In this document: in pieces, positions 51,705-64,000 of the stretch
Layout: the number at the start of each line of letters is the position of its first letter
How positions within the stretch are numbered: position 1 is the stretch's first letter
Assembly (NCBI RefSeq): GCF_006345805.1
Contig: NC_043001.1
Coordinates: 6,138,001 to 6,202,000 of the forward strand
Direction of reading: 5' to 3'
Origin: Octopus sinensis
Lineage: Eukaryota
DNA: 64,000 nucleotides
The notes under the pieces: generated by a model
Seen by the model: only the letters and a program-made list of their open reading frames with translations
Told to the model about the DNA's origin: nothing
The model's database searches: none
Translations under genes and position numbers: made by a program

Positions 51705-51757
51705 TATACATATACAAATATATTAATCTATATATTATATATATATATATAACATAT

Positions 51758-51795
<38 letters not shown>

Positions 51796-51842
51796 CATAT
51801 ACAAATATATATATATATATATATATACATATATACATACAC

Positions 51843-51888
<46 letters not shown>

Positions 51889-51907
51889 CATACATATATA
51901 TACATAT

Positions 51908-52070
51908 GTACGACGAGCTTCTTCCAGATTCCAACTATCAAAACCACTCACAAGTCTTCGGTTGGCTCGAGGCTATAGTAGAAGACATTAGCCCAAGGTG
52001 CCACGGAGTGGGACTGAACCCGCAACCATGTGGTTGGTAAGCAATTTACTTACCACGAAGCACAGTATAA
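51908..52070 (-). mobile_element. tRNA-derived SINE 5' part
   Basis: Reverse complement of 61580-61740. Confidence 0.75.
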
Positions 52071-52329
52071 GCACACCTGCTTAAACTTTATTTTTATCAC
52101 ACAGAGCTGTTGCAGCCTTGGGTATGTACTGTAGTCGGTTTTCGTGTTCATATTTTCACTGTTATGAAAGGGCTTTACGTAAAAATCAGATATGGTTTGT
52201 TACTTACTTCACTTTTGTTGCACATGTCTCGCTTATCTTAGTGTTTTACAATCCTAGTACTTGCGATATTATTAGGTGTTGTTGTTTTGCTTCATTATTA
52301 TTATCAATTTTATTGTTGTTGTTGTAGTT

Positions 52330-52512
<183 letters not shown>

Positions 52513-55288
52513 GATTTGAAATACCAATTTTTTTTTTCTCTTACTCCTCGATTGCACAGTTGTATAGTTTTTAATATGGGATCATCTTGTTTATCTTTTG
52601 ACAACATTTTTCCAAGTGCTCGCTTTATAGGATTTGGTAAATACCAGGGTCCCTAATTTCTCCAAAGGTTTACCTCTCTGCAAGTTCTCCTGTAATAATT
52701 CGTATTTCGCAGAGTATTCTTCTATAATTACTATTATATATCATCCATCTTTTAGGTAAACGCTCACAGGTGCACTCAAACAATTCAACCAATTTGCCGA
52801 CGGCACAAAAACATTGATGGCTCTCCAAACTCCAGAAGGTGTCACCACACCCAAAATTTAAGCTGAACCTTATTCATCAATGTACAGATAAAACCTATAT
52901 CTAATTCAATGCCCCAGAATTCTAGGTTCTTCAGTACGAATGAAATACATACAAATCGCAATATTTGACATCCAAAAACACAATGATTCAGAGCGCTAAT
53001 GACGTACAGGGCTGAGAAGCCATCATGTCAAATGATACATCTTTAATCGTCAACATTACAAATATGACCTTTTCTTGTAAACATCTCGTAGGATAGATCG
53101 CACGAACGTTCGTAACGAGAGAACCGTTAGTTATGCTGAATTTATGAAAAACAATAGCATTGAGCAGATTACATTATTTTTCACAGCTTCGATCTCCAAA
53201 TTCATCCGGTTTCATCGAAGATTTTGAAAAGATCAAACGTTCACAAGTAAAATATATTCGAGTCTAAGTTATTTGCGACATCTGAAAGATGTTCCACGCA
53301 ACTTAAAGAAATTCGAGTCTATGTTCCTTGGAACATCTGAAAGATCTGCGTTTCTACTGTCTGAAGCATGCACTGTCCTGCGGGCGCATAGTCCAGACTT
53401 TGTCATTAGAGAGGATTTTAATAAATCAACTGGTTGGCATTGTCAGTTGCCAAATATACCACATTCAAAATCGCGAGCAAAAACACTCTATTGTACTAAC
53501 CCGATATTTAGACGTCCTCATTTGTTCAAATGCCCACCTGCAGAAATCAAAAATATAAAATCAATCTCTGCTGAAAGACTAAAAGCAAAATAGTGCATAA
53601 ACTAGCCAACCATTGAAGGAAACATTCAGGGTGTCTTCAGCAGCTACAAACGCAATTATAAACCAAAATCCAGCCAAAACGTCCAAGAAAATGATAAGAA
53701 ATCTTTTAATGTGATGCTCCAGAATGGCTGCAAATGTCCGACGGAAAAAAATTGGAAGGATAAGAAAATAAAAAAAACTATACTGTGTCTGTACATATTT
53801 CTATATATCTTTGTATATATAAATGTACATATCTGTATATGTAAGTGTAACTGCACATATACCTATATATATGCACTCACGTTACGTGTGTGTGTGTGTA
53901 TGTGATTCTTTATTAATCAAAACGATCGCCTTCCCCATTTTGCATTCATCCATCGCAGGTAAGATACTATACAACTGCTTATAATGCAACCTTCGTTCGA
54001 GATGTGTTTCGTCAGTTACGTATGTATGTATGCCTGCGTGCATTTATTTAGTTATGTATGTATCTATCAATTTGTAGTATAAGACATGTATTAAAAGAAC
54101 TGTGTGGCTATCACAGTAAGGATCTCTAACGGACTAGAGTTACACTATTCGATTATATACATATGCTTCCGTACATATGCTAATACATGTATACATTCAT
54201 ACAGGGATACATACATGTGTACACACATGCATACATGTATATGCCACATCGTAAAGCAAATAGCATATTTATCGTGCGCCTAATGGTATGAAATAAGTTT
54301 ACTTTAAATTTGTATATCCAAGAAGGCATATGCGAGATTTCTTTAATTTAATACAAAATGTTTGCCACCTGCTTTGTGATTTGTCACAAAACAAGTGCCA
54401 AACTTCACATTATGGAGTTGTATTCGTGGAGATCGGAGCAGCTTTTCTTTAATTTCGCATTGAGAGAATTGATAATAAAATATCAAATATTGCAGAAATG
54501 CAACTAGCTATTAATTGCATATTGATATTGTGAGCATGGGAATTGTAAGATATTACGTTACTTTTCCTCGCGGACTTTTGAAAAACGTTTCTTCATCTTT
54601 TGTCAGTTATTTCATAACTACCAAGAATGTTTTAATTCGGATATCTCTCTTCATTTTAACATGAATTACAGATATTCGCAACTCATGTGAATTGTTATTA
54701 TCACTGATATTGCCAAACACACCCGCTATACATTAGAGATTCTTTCAAAGTTGAAAGGTTTCAAAATATATAGAGAAGCCAAATACAATTGTGATAAAAA
54801 GAAGTAATTCTATGTTAAGTGAAAGCTGATTGTCAAAACAATTTCTTGTTTTACTTCAAGACTACGTTACGTAGCTTTCAAATATTTACGCACTTACACA
54901 ATCACATAAATAAAACACAGTTGGCTATGACTATAAATTTACAATAAAGTAACTTTTCTTATTTTCTGTTGCAAATGGATGATATACGTGTGCCTGATGA
55001 GTTGGTATTCGATTGTATCGATATAATGATACACTCTGAGACTCTAGTTGACTATATAAAACAATAGAATAGCAATAACCTTTAGTTCGGATACAGGTCA
55101 TATATATCGTAAATTTCTTCAATGAGACATGTTGCAAATTATAATAATTTTGCAGATGTTAAGGAGTTTCGGACGTTTAAAGTATCGATTTCCGACTTAT
55201 AGTTATAACCAATCGACTATACCCACTCACGAGACAAAATGGGAAAGTCTAAACAAGTGTGTAAGTATACATACAAATATGTGTGTGG

Positions 55289-55343
<55 letters not shown>

Positions 55344-55532
55344 CAAATGTGTGTATATACATATATATATATATACATATATATACCTATATATATATAT
55401 ATGTATATATGTATGCATATATATATACACATATATACATACACATACATACATATATACATATATATACATATACATACATATATATATATATATATAC
55501 ATATGTTTATATATATATATATAGATATAGAT

Positions 55533-55563
<31 letters not shown>

Positions 55564-55622
55564 TATATACATACATACATACATACATACACACATACAT
55601 GCATATATACGTGTATATATAT

Positions 55623-55846
55623 GGCGGCGAGCTGGCAGAATCATTAGCACCCCGGGCGAAATGCTTAGGGGTATTTCATCAGCCGCTACGTTCCGAGTTC
55701 ACATTCCGCCGAGGTAGACTTTGCATTTCATCATTTCCAGATCGATTAAAGAAGTACCAGTTACGCACTGGGTCGATATAATAGACTTAATCCTTTTGTT
55801 CTTGTTTATCCCCTCTGTATTTAACCCCCTGTTGGCAATAAGAAAT
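55623..55846 (+). mobile_element. tRNA-derived SINE
   Basis: ggcggcgagctggcagaatc...gagttcacattccgccgaggt...aagtaccagttacgcactggg. Confidence 0.85.
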
Positions 55847-55850
55847 ATAT

Positions 55851-55888
<38 letters not shown>

Positions 55889-56845
55889 TATATATATATA
55901 ATATATATATATGTGTGTATGTGTGCGTGTGCGCGTCTGTGTGCGTGTATGCACACACACACATATATATATTTATAGATATACATACATATATATATAT
56001 ATATATATAATTTAACGGCTTTTTACTTTACATATGTCTCCATATATTTCCTTGTTTATATTATAGATTTTGAATTTCATTTACTCTGCAACAAACTGAT
56101 AGGAACATTTCTCTCAGAGAAAAATATCTGAATATATCATAAGTACCGTCAAGAAGCTTTCAAGAAGAATATCCCATTGCATTTTGATCTTTCTGAAAAG
56201 TAAAAGAGAAAACCTGCTATGGAAGAATATAGACAGAAATGGTTGAATCATTTTTGTTGCTTTTGTTATTCTGATTGTTGTTGTTAGATTTTTATTATTA
56301 TTGTTTGTGTCTCCGAAATTACTTCGGTTCTTACGCAAGGTACATAGTGACACTGTATCTTTGATTTTGTTTGTTAACATTTATGTTCATTGTGTATGAT
56401 TAAAGAAAGACATCACCATTATTTCTAGCTAACTTATGGCGGTTGAACGATTTCAGTTTCGCCTAGAATTATAAGATAGAAATATGATAGCCTTTTTTAG
56501 CAGAAAGAATGTTTTCTTTCAAGACAAAATACCAGAAATGCACTAATGCAAGCGCTTGTCTAAGAAACATAGTCCGTCCCTCTTTTAACAGCTCGCATAT
56601 ACACAAGATAACACAATGTTAATTCCTAATATGAAATCGTAAACATCTGTATCTGCATCGCAAATCCTCAGGCATCAGATACATTTTATCCACCATTTTG
56701 CCTTTGTGCAAAGCAACACTCTGTAAATGATGTATTCTTCAAAAATTCGATAATTCTAAAATTTAAAGCATGTATATAATTTAAACTTAAAACCACCATT
56801 CCTATCCTCTCCGTTCTTTCTCTCTATATGTTTTCCTCCGCACAA

Positions 56846-56902
<57 letters not shown>

Positions 56903-56904
56903 TT

Positions 56905-57070
<166 letters not shown>

Positions 57071-57169
57071 TATATAGATACATAGATAGATACATACATA
57101 CATACATATATACATATATACATATATACATACATACATACCTACATACATATGTATGTGTATATATAT

Positions 57170-57366
57170 GGCGGCGAGCTGGCAGAATCGTTAGCACGCC
57201 GGGCGAAATGCTTAGGGGTATTTCATCAGCCGCTACGTTCCGAGTTCACATTCCGCCGAGGTAGACTTTGCCTTTCATCATTTCCATATCGATTAAAGAA
57301 GTACCAGTTACGCACTGGGTTGATATAATAGACTTAATCCCTTTGTTGTTGTTTATCCCCTCTGTA
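57170..57366 (+). mobile_element. tRNA-derived SINE, near-identical to the 55623 copy
   Basis: Shares idiosyncratic substitutions with 55623. Confidence 0.85.
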
Positions 57367-58584
57367 TAATGCATGTATATAATGCATATATATGTGTGCG
57401 TGTGTGTTCGTGCGTGTGTCAGTGGGCGAGTGTGTATGTGCGTAAGTGTGTGTGCATGTGTGTGTAATTCTTTAATTGTGTGTATGTGTATCTGTGTCAG
57501 TGTATTTGCTTCCAACGCCCAAATGTTCCGGCTCCAAAATTCACTAGGCGGACATTTAGACGCACCATAACATCAGCGTCTAAAAAGCCGCGCCATTTAA
57601 TCTAATTTCTTAATTGATATTCTTCACTTATAAAACAATTCTTATGTACATCGAACTAACGAACGAATCGATCACAAATCAAACTCATAACCTCTGGTCA
57701 CCAGTAAACAAACACCGCGGTAAAACAGCCATCTAAATCGAAGATGTGAACGGCTAAAATGATTTGCCAGTGTAAAATATATTTGCCATACAGAATACAA
57801 TTGTATTCGTCACTCGCAGGAATTTGGTAGCTTCTGATCATATCAATGTACACCGGCGTCACATTTAGATATTATGTGCCGATAATAATTTTCTTTTTCT
57901 ATTTTATTATCGGCTGAAAATTTAACAATAAAGGATACGTTCCTACGATTAAAAAAAGAAGACCATTTTTCTTTTTTTTTCTTTCTGGCATATGTCTTTC
58001 AATAGTATTGTTATTTACATTTGATATTCCTCATTTTTCATGACAATTCAATGCTGTGATAGTGTTTCGTGAGTCAGTAACCATTCCGTATGTGAACGTC
58101 TTCGCAGGCATCTAAGAAAACGTGACTCGACTTCGTGATCCGTCAATCATTAAGAGGAGTGCAGAAGGTCTGAAAATATTTGATTCCAAGTAAATCAAGA
58201 TGGCTCCATATCAAACCAATGTTTCGGGTGCTGTTGATATCACACGATTTTTCTGTATTTTTGATTTTCTTTTTTTCCGTATTGGAAAGAGTCTGAGAGA
58301 GAGAAAGAGAGAGAGAGAGAGAGGGGGGTGAGAGATATACATGCAGTTTTGGTGTTAAACTGCACATACTGGGCCATAGAAATTAATCGTGACGTGTTGA
58401 ACACGGAAAAATTCATTAGTAACTCATGACCCGAAAACAACAGTTTATTGAAAGAGAGAGAAAAATAGCGACAGAGGCGGGATGCCAAATTCAAATGAAT
58501 CCATTTTTTTCTTTATTTTATTGTAAGCGTATAATATCGTCGTTTAAAACATATTGTTTGAGAAAAAAAAGGAAAGCAACGATT

Positions 58585-58865
58585 GATGAAGATGCTGATG
58601 ACGATAGGTAGGAAGAGTAGAGGAGGAGGAGGAGAATGAAGATGATGACGACGAAGATGACAATTATGATGTTGATGCTGATGATAATGATGATGATGAT
58701 GATGACGATGATGATGATACAACGAGTACGCCGTTGTGGATTGGCAATTTTTATGGTAACAATAATATAAATAATTATTTTTATTGTTGTTGTTGTTGCT
58801 GTCGTTGTTTTCATTTCTGTTGCTGTTGTTGTTGTTGCTCTTGTTATTATTAATATTGTCGTGAT
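58585..58865. repeat. Mixed trinucleotide low-complexity tract (GAT/GAG/GTT)
   Basis: Read directly from the sequence. Confidence 0.85.
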
Positions 58866-59695
58866 CATTATTAGTTCAGAAATATTCCACTAAACAATAC
58901 AAATATGTGTGTGTGTGTGTTTATTTGTTAAACGGTTTTAAATTATTATTCCCCATGCAGTCGCAATACATCATATCGTCCACATTTCATTTTTTTCCTT
59001 GTACTTTGTGTTCCTAATTCTTTTGTATTCTTTTGTATTCTTCCGACAACAGCACGACATGATGCTTACCTTCCACACACCGAATTTATCTAAGTGAATG
59101 CGAGACACACAATTTATCTTAAGAAGTTCCGGTTCCAGAAATGGAAGATGACGATAGTAATACTTATGATGATGAACAGTAGTAGTAGTAGTAGTAGTGG
59201 TAGTAGTAGATGTAGTTGTAGTAGTAACAATAATTATAACAATAATAATGGTTTCAAATTTTGGCACAAGTCCAAGAATTTTTTTTGTTAGGCGGGTGCA
59301 TTACGATTATATTGATCCCATTATATTTAATGTATCGACGTCCGAAAGGATTAAAGTCCTCTTTATTTCCTATTGTTATTGCCGCTTCCCAACTCTGGCA
59401 TTTCGTTTGGTATTTAGTCATGCCCAAATACATATAGACACCGGGAAGAAGTGGTCCGTGACAATCTCTACACTTTATCTTTTGAAATTACAGCATCAAA
59501 TGCCGTAGCAAAAGCTTGCGCTTCGCTGGGAGAGATCTCAGGTTTATTGATACAAACAACAATGCACCGCTAAAAGGAATCGATCTTCTTAGAAATATAG
59601 AATTTATGCCGTTGGAGTAATTCATGACTGTTTACCTGCAGAGAGTAATCCTTCAGGTATTAGTTATAACTAATGCTCTAGATCCTAACTGTTAA

Positions 59696-60420
59696 TGAAA
59701 TTATTTTGCAGGTAAGTATACTTAAGCAGATAAATATAAAATTATTTTGCAGGTAAGTATACTTTTGCAGGTAATCATAAAATTACTTTGCAGGTGAGTA
59801 TACTTTTGCAGGTAAACATAGAATTATTTTGCAGGTAAGCATAAAATTATTTTGCAGGTAAGTATACTTTGCAGGTAAACATGAAATTATTTTGCAGATA
59901 ATCATACTTTTGCAGATAAGCATAAAATCATTTTGCAGGTAATTATAGTTTTGCAGGTAAACATAAAATTATTTTGCAGGTAAGTATACTTTTGCAGGTA
60001 AACATAAAATTATTTTGCAGGTAAGTATGCTTTTGCAGGTAAACATAAAATTATTTTGCAGGTAAGTATACTTTTCCATGTAAACATAAACGTACTTTCC
60101 AGGTAAGTATACTTTTGCAGGTAAACATGAAATTATTTTTCCAGGTAAGTATACTTTTGCAAGTAAGCCTAAAATTATATTGCAGGTAAGTATACGTATG
60201 CAGATAAACATAAAATTACTTTGCAGTTAAGTATACTTTTGCATGTAAATATGAAATTATTTTGCAGGTAAGTATAGTTTTGCAGGTAAACATGAAATTA
60301 TTTTACAGGTAAGTATACTTTTGCAGATAAACATAAAATTAATTTGCAAGTAAACATAAAATTACTTTGCAGATGTGTATACTTTTGCAGGTAAACATGA
60401 AATCATTTTGCAGGTAAGTT
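59696..60420 (+). repeat. 41-bp minisatellite of two subunits (23+18 bp), each centred on TTTTGCAGGTAA
   Basis: Consensus aaattattttgcaggtaagtatacttttgcaggtaaacata; about 35 subunits by manual count. Confidence 0.95.
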
Positions 60421-61570
60421 TAAATCTGTTAAATCCCAAACGCAAAGTCATTGATAGTGCTTCACCTTATTGATACTGTAGTATATCAAAGGAATTTCCC
60501 CTTCACTGCGTTTTTAAACACAAAATTGAAGGCAGGCGAATATTTTCTTTTCTTTGGATAGCATTTGAAGAATACATTGCCGTTAGATTTTTACAGTGCT
60601 ATGATAAGAATGAAATTAGAAATAGCAATATAGATATTTATCTCCAAAACCTATATTTATATTACCTAATGATGAGTGGGAGAAAAATTATTCAGCAATT
60701 GTATTCATCGCAAACTTTATGTATCTGCAATTTAATGCTGTTCATTCATGCATGAAAATAGATTTTAAAATGAGAGTTTTACAGATATTTCTGAGTAGAA
60801 CAGAATGTTATATTATACAAAGAAGGCACATTAAGGATTTTTATGTGTTAAAGAGATCTAATATATCAATAAAAGGTCCTGCAAAAGATCTTTCCCTTTT
60901 TATATACCTGTGTTGCCGTGCGGTTCTGGAATTTAATCAGAAGATAACAGGGTGCCAAGCAGCTAATATTATTTTCTCTCATACGATATTTTTTTCATGA
61001 CGGTTAGCCAGCTTGCGTTTGCACTTGAAAGGCTTGTCAACCTGTAAAATCTGAAAGATTTTGTGTAGCGCCTCGCAACTATAAAACAAAACAGGACTAA
61101 TGCAGATATTAGCAAAGATTTAATTTAGAAAATGTAATCGAAGACAATTCCAATGGAAGCCACCGTGGGACACATGCATATAAATATTTATCGTACCAGC
61201 TGGGGCATTTTGCACCAAAAATATCCGTTAAAATTGTTAAACTGATTAAAGCAAGAAAAAACTCTATGTTCTCTATAAGTATGCTTCAATATGTGATAAG
61301 ATTGATTTCTGATAAGCTTTCTTACGTTTTTCATTATAAATAGATAAACGCTAAAAACGCCGAGGCACCATTTACGATTCTGTCCATCATGCATTAATTA
61401 TAATTAATTATAATTTGAGATAATATTTTTCCTTCGTTGTCTTCATGAGAGGTTTCACCTTGTCCCTTTCTGATTATTATCTGTTAGATTTGGTTATAAT
61501 CGTCGTTATATATTGTTTTTCACCTTGCATTTTCTCGATATTTTGCAAGTTGTTTCCTACCCCTATTTAT

Positions 61571-61990
61571 AGGCGTAGGAGTGGCTGTGCGATAAATAGC
61601 TTGCTTACCAACCACATGGTTCCAGGTTCAGGCCCACTGCGTGGTACTTTGGGTAACTTTTTCTACTATAGCCTCGGGCCGACCAAAGCCTTGTAAGGGG
61701 ATTTGGTAGACAGAAACTGAAAGAAGCCTGTCGTATATATGTATATTTATATATGTATGTATGTGTATGTGTGTGTATACGTTTGTGTTTGTCCCCACCC
61801 TCAGCATCGCTTGGCAACCGATGCTGGTGTGTTTACATCCCCAGTAACGTAGTTGCTCGGCAAAAGAGACCGATAGATTAAGTACTAGGCTTACAAAGAA
61901 TAAGTCATGGGGTCGATTTGCTGAACTAAAGGCGGTGCTGCACCATGGCCAATCTCAAATGACTGAAACAAGAAAAAGAGTAAAAGAGTA
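61571..61990 (+). mobile_element. Near full-length tRNA-derived SINE
   Basis: A-box gtggctgtgcgataa, B-box ggttcaggcc, central domain, internal TG tract and AAAGAG tail. Confidence 0.85.
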
Positions 61991-62779
61991 TTGTCATCAA
62001 CTTTTTCAGCATTTAAAAACGAATGGAGTGACAGCTGTCTATGAATGAGCTGTATACAGGATGTATGGACGCCGGTTTCACCTCCAGTCACATTTAATGT
62101 AGGATAAATATGATAATAACAAGAGGATGGAAGTTATAAATATTTAATACATCGCTACGCACGTTTCCACAAATCACTTGAGTTTGACATCAGAATCCGT
62201 ATCCTTCAGCCGAGTACAGTAAAGACCGTATTATCTGTGGACATCCCAATGATTATCATCATCGATTCATTCCATCAGGTTATACTGCATTCGTGCATAA
62301 ATCACAGAGGAATATTCATCTCTTCTTGCCTGTATGAAAGCCAATCAAGATATGTGGGTATTTCTGTGTGTACTTGGTAGGTGTAGAAAGGTGATGGGGA
62401 AGAGGATGGAGCGGTAGTAATATGAGGATTGAGGTGTGTGTGGTGGTGGATTTATTTATTATTCATTCTGCATATTTTAAGAATAGCCATTCATTTAGCA
62501 GATATAATGATGGTAGTACATTTTCTAGTTCTATTTCATTTAAAACGGGACTCTCCTCAATAAATTCTGGAGCCAACAGATGGTCAGCTGCCACATTGGG
62601 GCCTGTTGACCAAATTCGTAACTACCACCCTCTCATGGTGAACTTTTGGTATGAACTTGGGTTCCTTCGCTCTTCTATAATTGGTTACTTCGTTTCAAAA
62701 TATATATTTTTACAAATTCCATTATTGTTCTTTTGTTCCTATGCTTACTTGATATAACAATCTCCGAATATCCTATATG

Positions 62780-63020
62780 TCACGCTTTCTATCGATGTGA
62801 TTATTTCCAGGGTTCCTTTTCCGCTTACATACTTTGAAGTAAGATATTTGTCTGGGAAGTCTGTTATGATATTTACTGTGTGCGTGTCCAAGCCAATGAA
62901 AAGAGTCCTTTCTTGATCTCGGGATCCACTTTATCTGATTCACAAAATCAGCCATTTTTAATTTTGCTCAGATTGCTTTCAATTTGGGTGTTTCGATGCA
63001 ACTCTGAATTTTGATAAAGA
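62780..63020 (-). mobile_element. Degraded RTE-clade LINE fragment
   Basis: FHWLGHAHSKYHNRLPRQISYFKVCKRKRNPG resembles the RTE post-RT motif WLGHVxRMxxxRLPxQ..Y...GKRxxG. Confidence 0.5.
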
Positions 63021-63759
63021 TCAACCATTTACTTGATATCGTAAATTAAAGAATCTGATGTCATTTGGAATAAAGTTGGGAAATTTGCGTTATTGTAGCC
63101 AATCAACAGACAGACTGTTACCATGACATCTACACGTTGTACTGTCTACATTCTTCACACAACACGATTTACTTGTTTTATTAATAATTTATATTTACCA
63201 ATTAGAATTCTATTATAGATATTTTTCGCCAATTGTCTTGATATTCTAAAATGTATTTCATAAATAGCAAAACTTGTTTGCAATATTTATACAGTTATTT
63301 GAATTAGAAAAGTGAATACGTGAATATTAGGAACTTAGTACACAACCTAACAACTACTATTCAAGCACAGTTCTGACAAAGCATCGGGGACGCATTGTCT
63401 CGGTATTGCCAAGCGTCAGGGTCTCACTGACTTAGATAGCTGGTTTTATGATTTTACTAGGTTAAGTCCGTTCATTAGGAGCCTTTTTCTTAAAATTTTA
63501 GCTTCACATTTTCACAGTTTAACTGAATTTTAGCCCACGTAACAGAAACTGAAAAGGATATCGTGAAACAGAGAAACTGTGGGGGATAAAGATAATTCGA
63601 CATTATTTTTTAATTTTGCTTGCAAAAACATGATACAGGTATTATTTTCTTGGGACAAATTCTTCGCTGACCAGTGTTACTCTTAACGTAGTTTACAAAT
63701 CCAGGCATAAAAACATAACTCAACTTTGGTGTTTTGGAGACAGACACCCCTTTTCACAC

Positions 63760-63764
63760 ATACA

Positions 63765-63814
<50 letters not shown>

Positions 63815-63884
63815 CACACAACACACAAACACACACACACTCATCTATATCTATCTATATAATATATATATATATTAGATATAT

Positions 63885-63943
<59 letters not shown>

Positions 63944-63990
63944 TATATATATATTATATATATATTATATATATATATAATATATATAAA
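63760..63990. repeat. (CA)n/(TA)n microsatellite
   Basis: Read directly from the sequence. Confidence 0.95.
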
Positions 63991-64000
63991 CTGTGTGAAT

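Noticed and set aside
55674-55684. TCATCAG (CTGATGA on minus) in both SINE copies
   Set aside because: Point-mutated SINE body with no other HHR elements.
56100-56200. Strong minus-strand acceptor ttttctcttttacttttcag
   Set aside because: All frames stop within about 80 nt and no convincing donor.
57555-57585. 9-bp inverted repeat tttagacgc/gcgtctaaa
   Set aside because: Too short and no element boundaries identifiable.
59969-60211. 80-aa ORF with repeated LPAKVY
   Set aside because: Product of a 41-bp repeat (not a multiple of 3); the frame shifts continually.

Overview
This is 64 kb of AT-rich, microsatellite-dense eukaryotic non-coding DNA. The SINE families resemble those I recall from octopus/coleoid cephalopod genomes; that is an inference, not a database hit. 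No intact protein-coding gene is visible, and nearly all ORFs in the supplied track are microsatellite artefacts. Recognisable mobile-element relics are a mariner, a DD37D (maT-type) Tc1/mariner, a pogo/Tigger-like DDE transposase, CR1/L2-, RTE- and Dong/R4-type LINE fragments, many tRNA-derived SINEs, a Helitron-like 3' end and two Penelope-like elements (PLEs) with GIY-YIG remnants. The main signal is about 17 type I hammerhead-ribozyme (HHR) motifs from roughly ten apparently unrelated families, almost all ending in (TA)n tracts. Six lie in a 2.9-kb head-to-head array of ~473-bp highly structured monomers (retrozyme-like). Several have non-canonical cores: a U3-A8 compensatory core, CUGUUGA repeated in two copies, CCGANGA in two families, and A.A or U.U at the stem II base. 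A 41-bp minisatellite at 59.7-60.4 kb consists of tandem composite acceptor/donor motifs (TTTTGCAG|GTAAGT), the recursive-splice-site consensus. All RNA structures were folded by eye and none has been tested.
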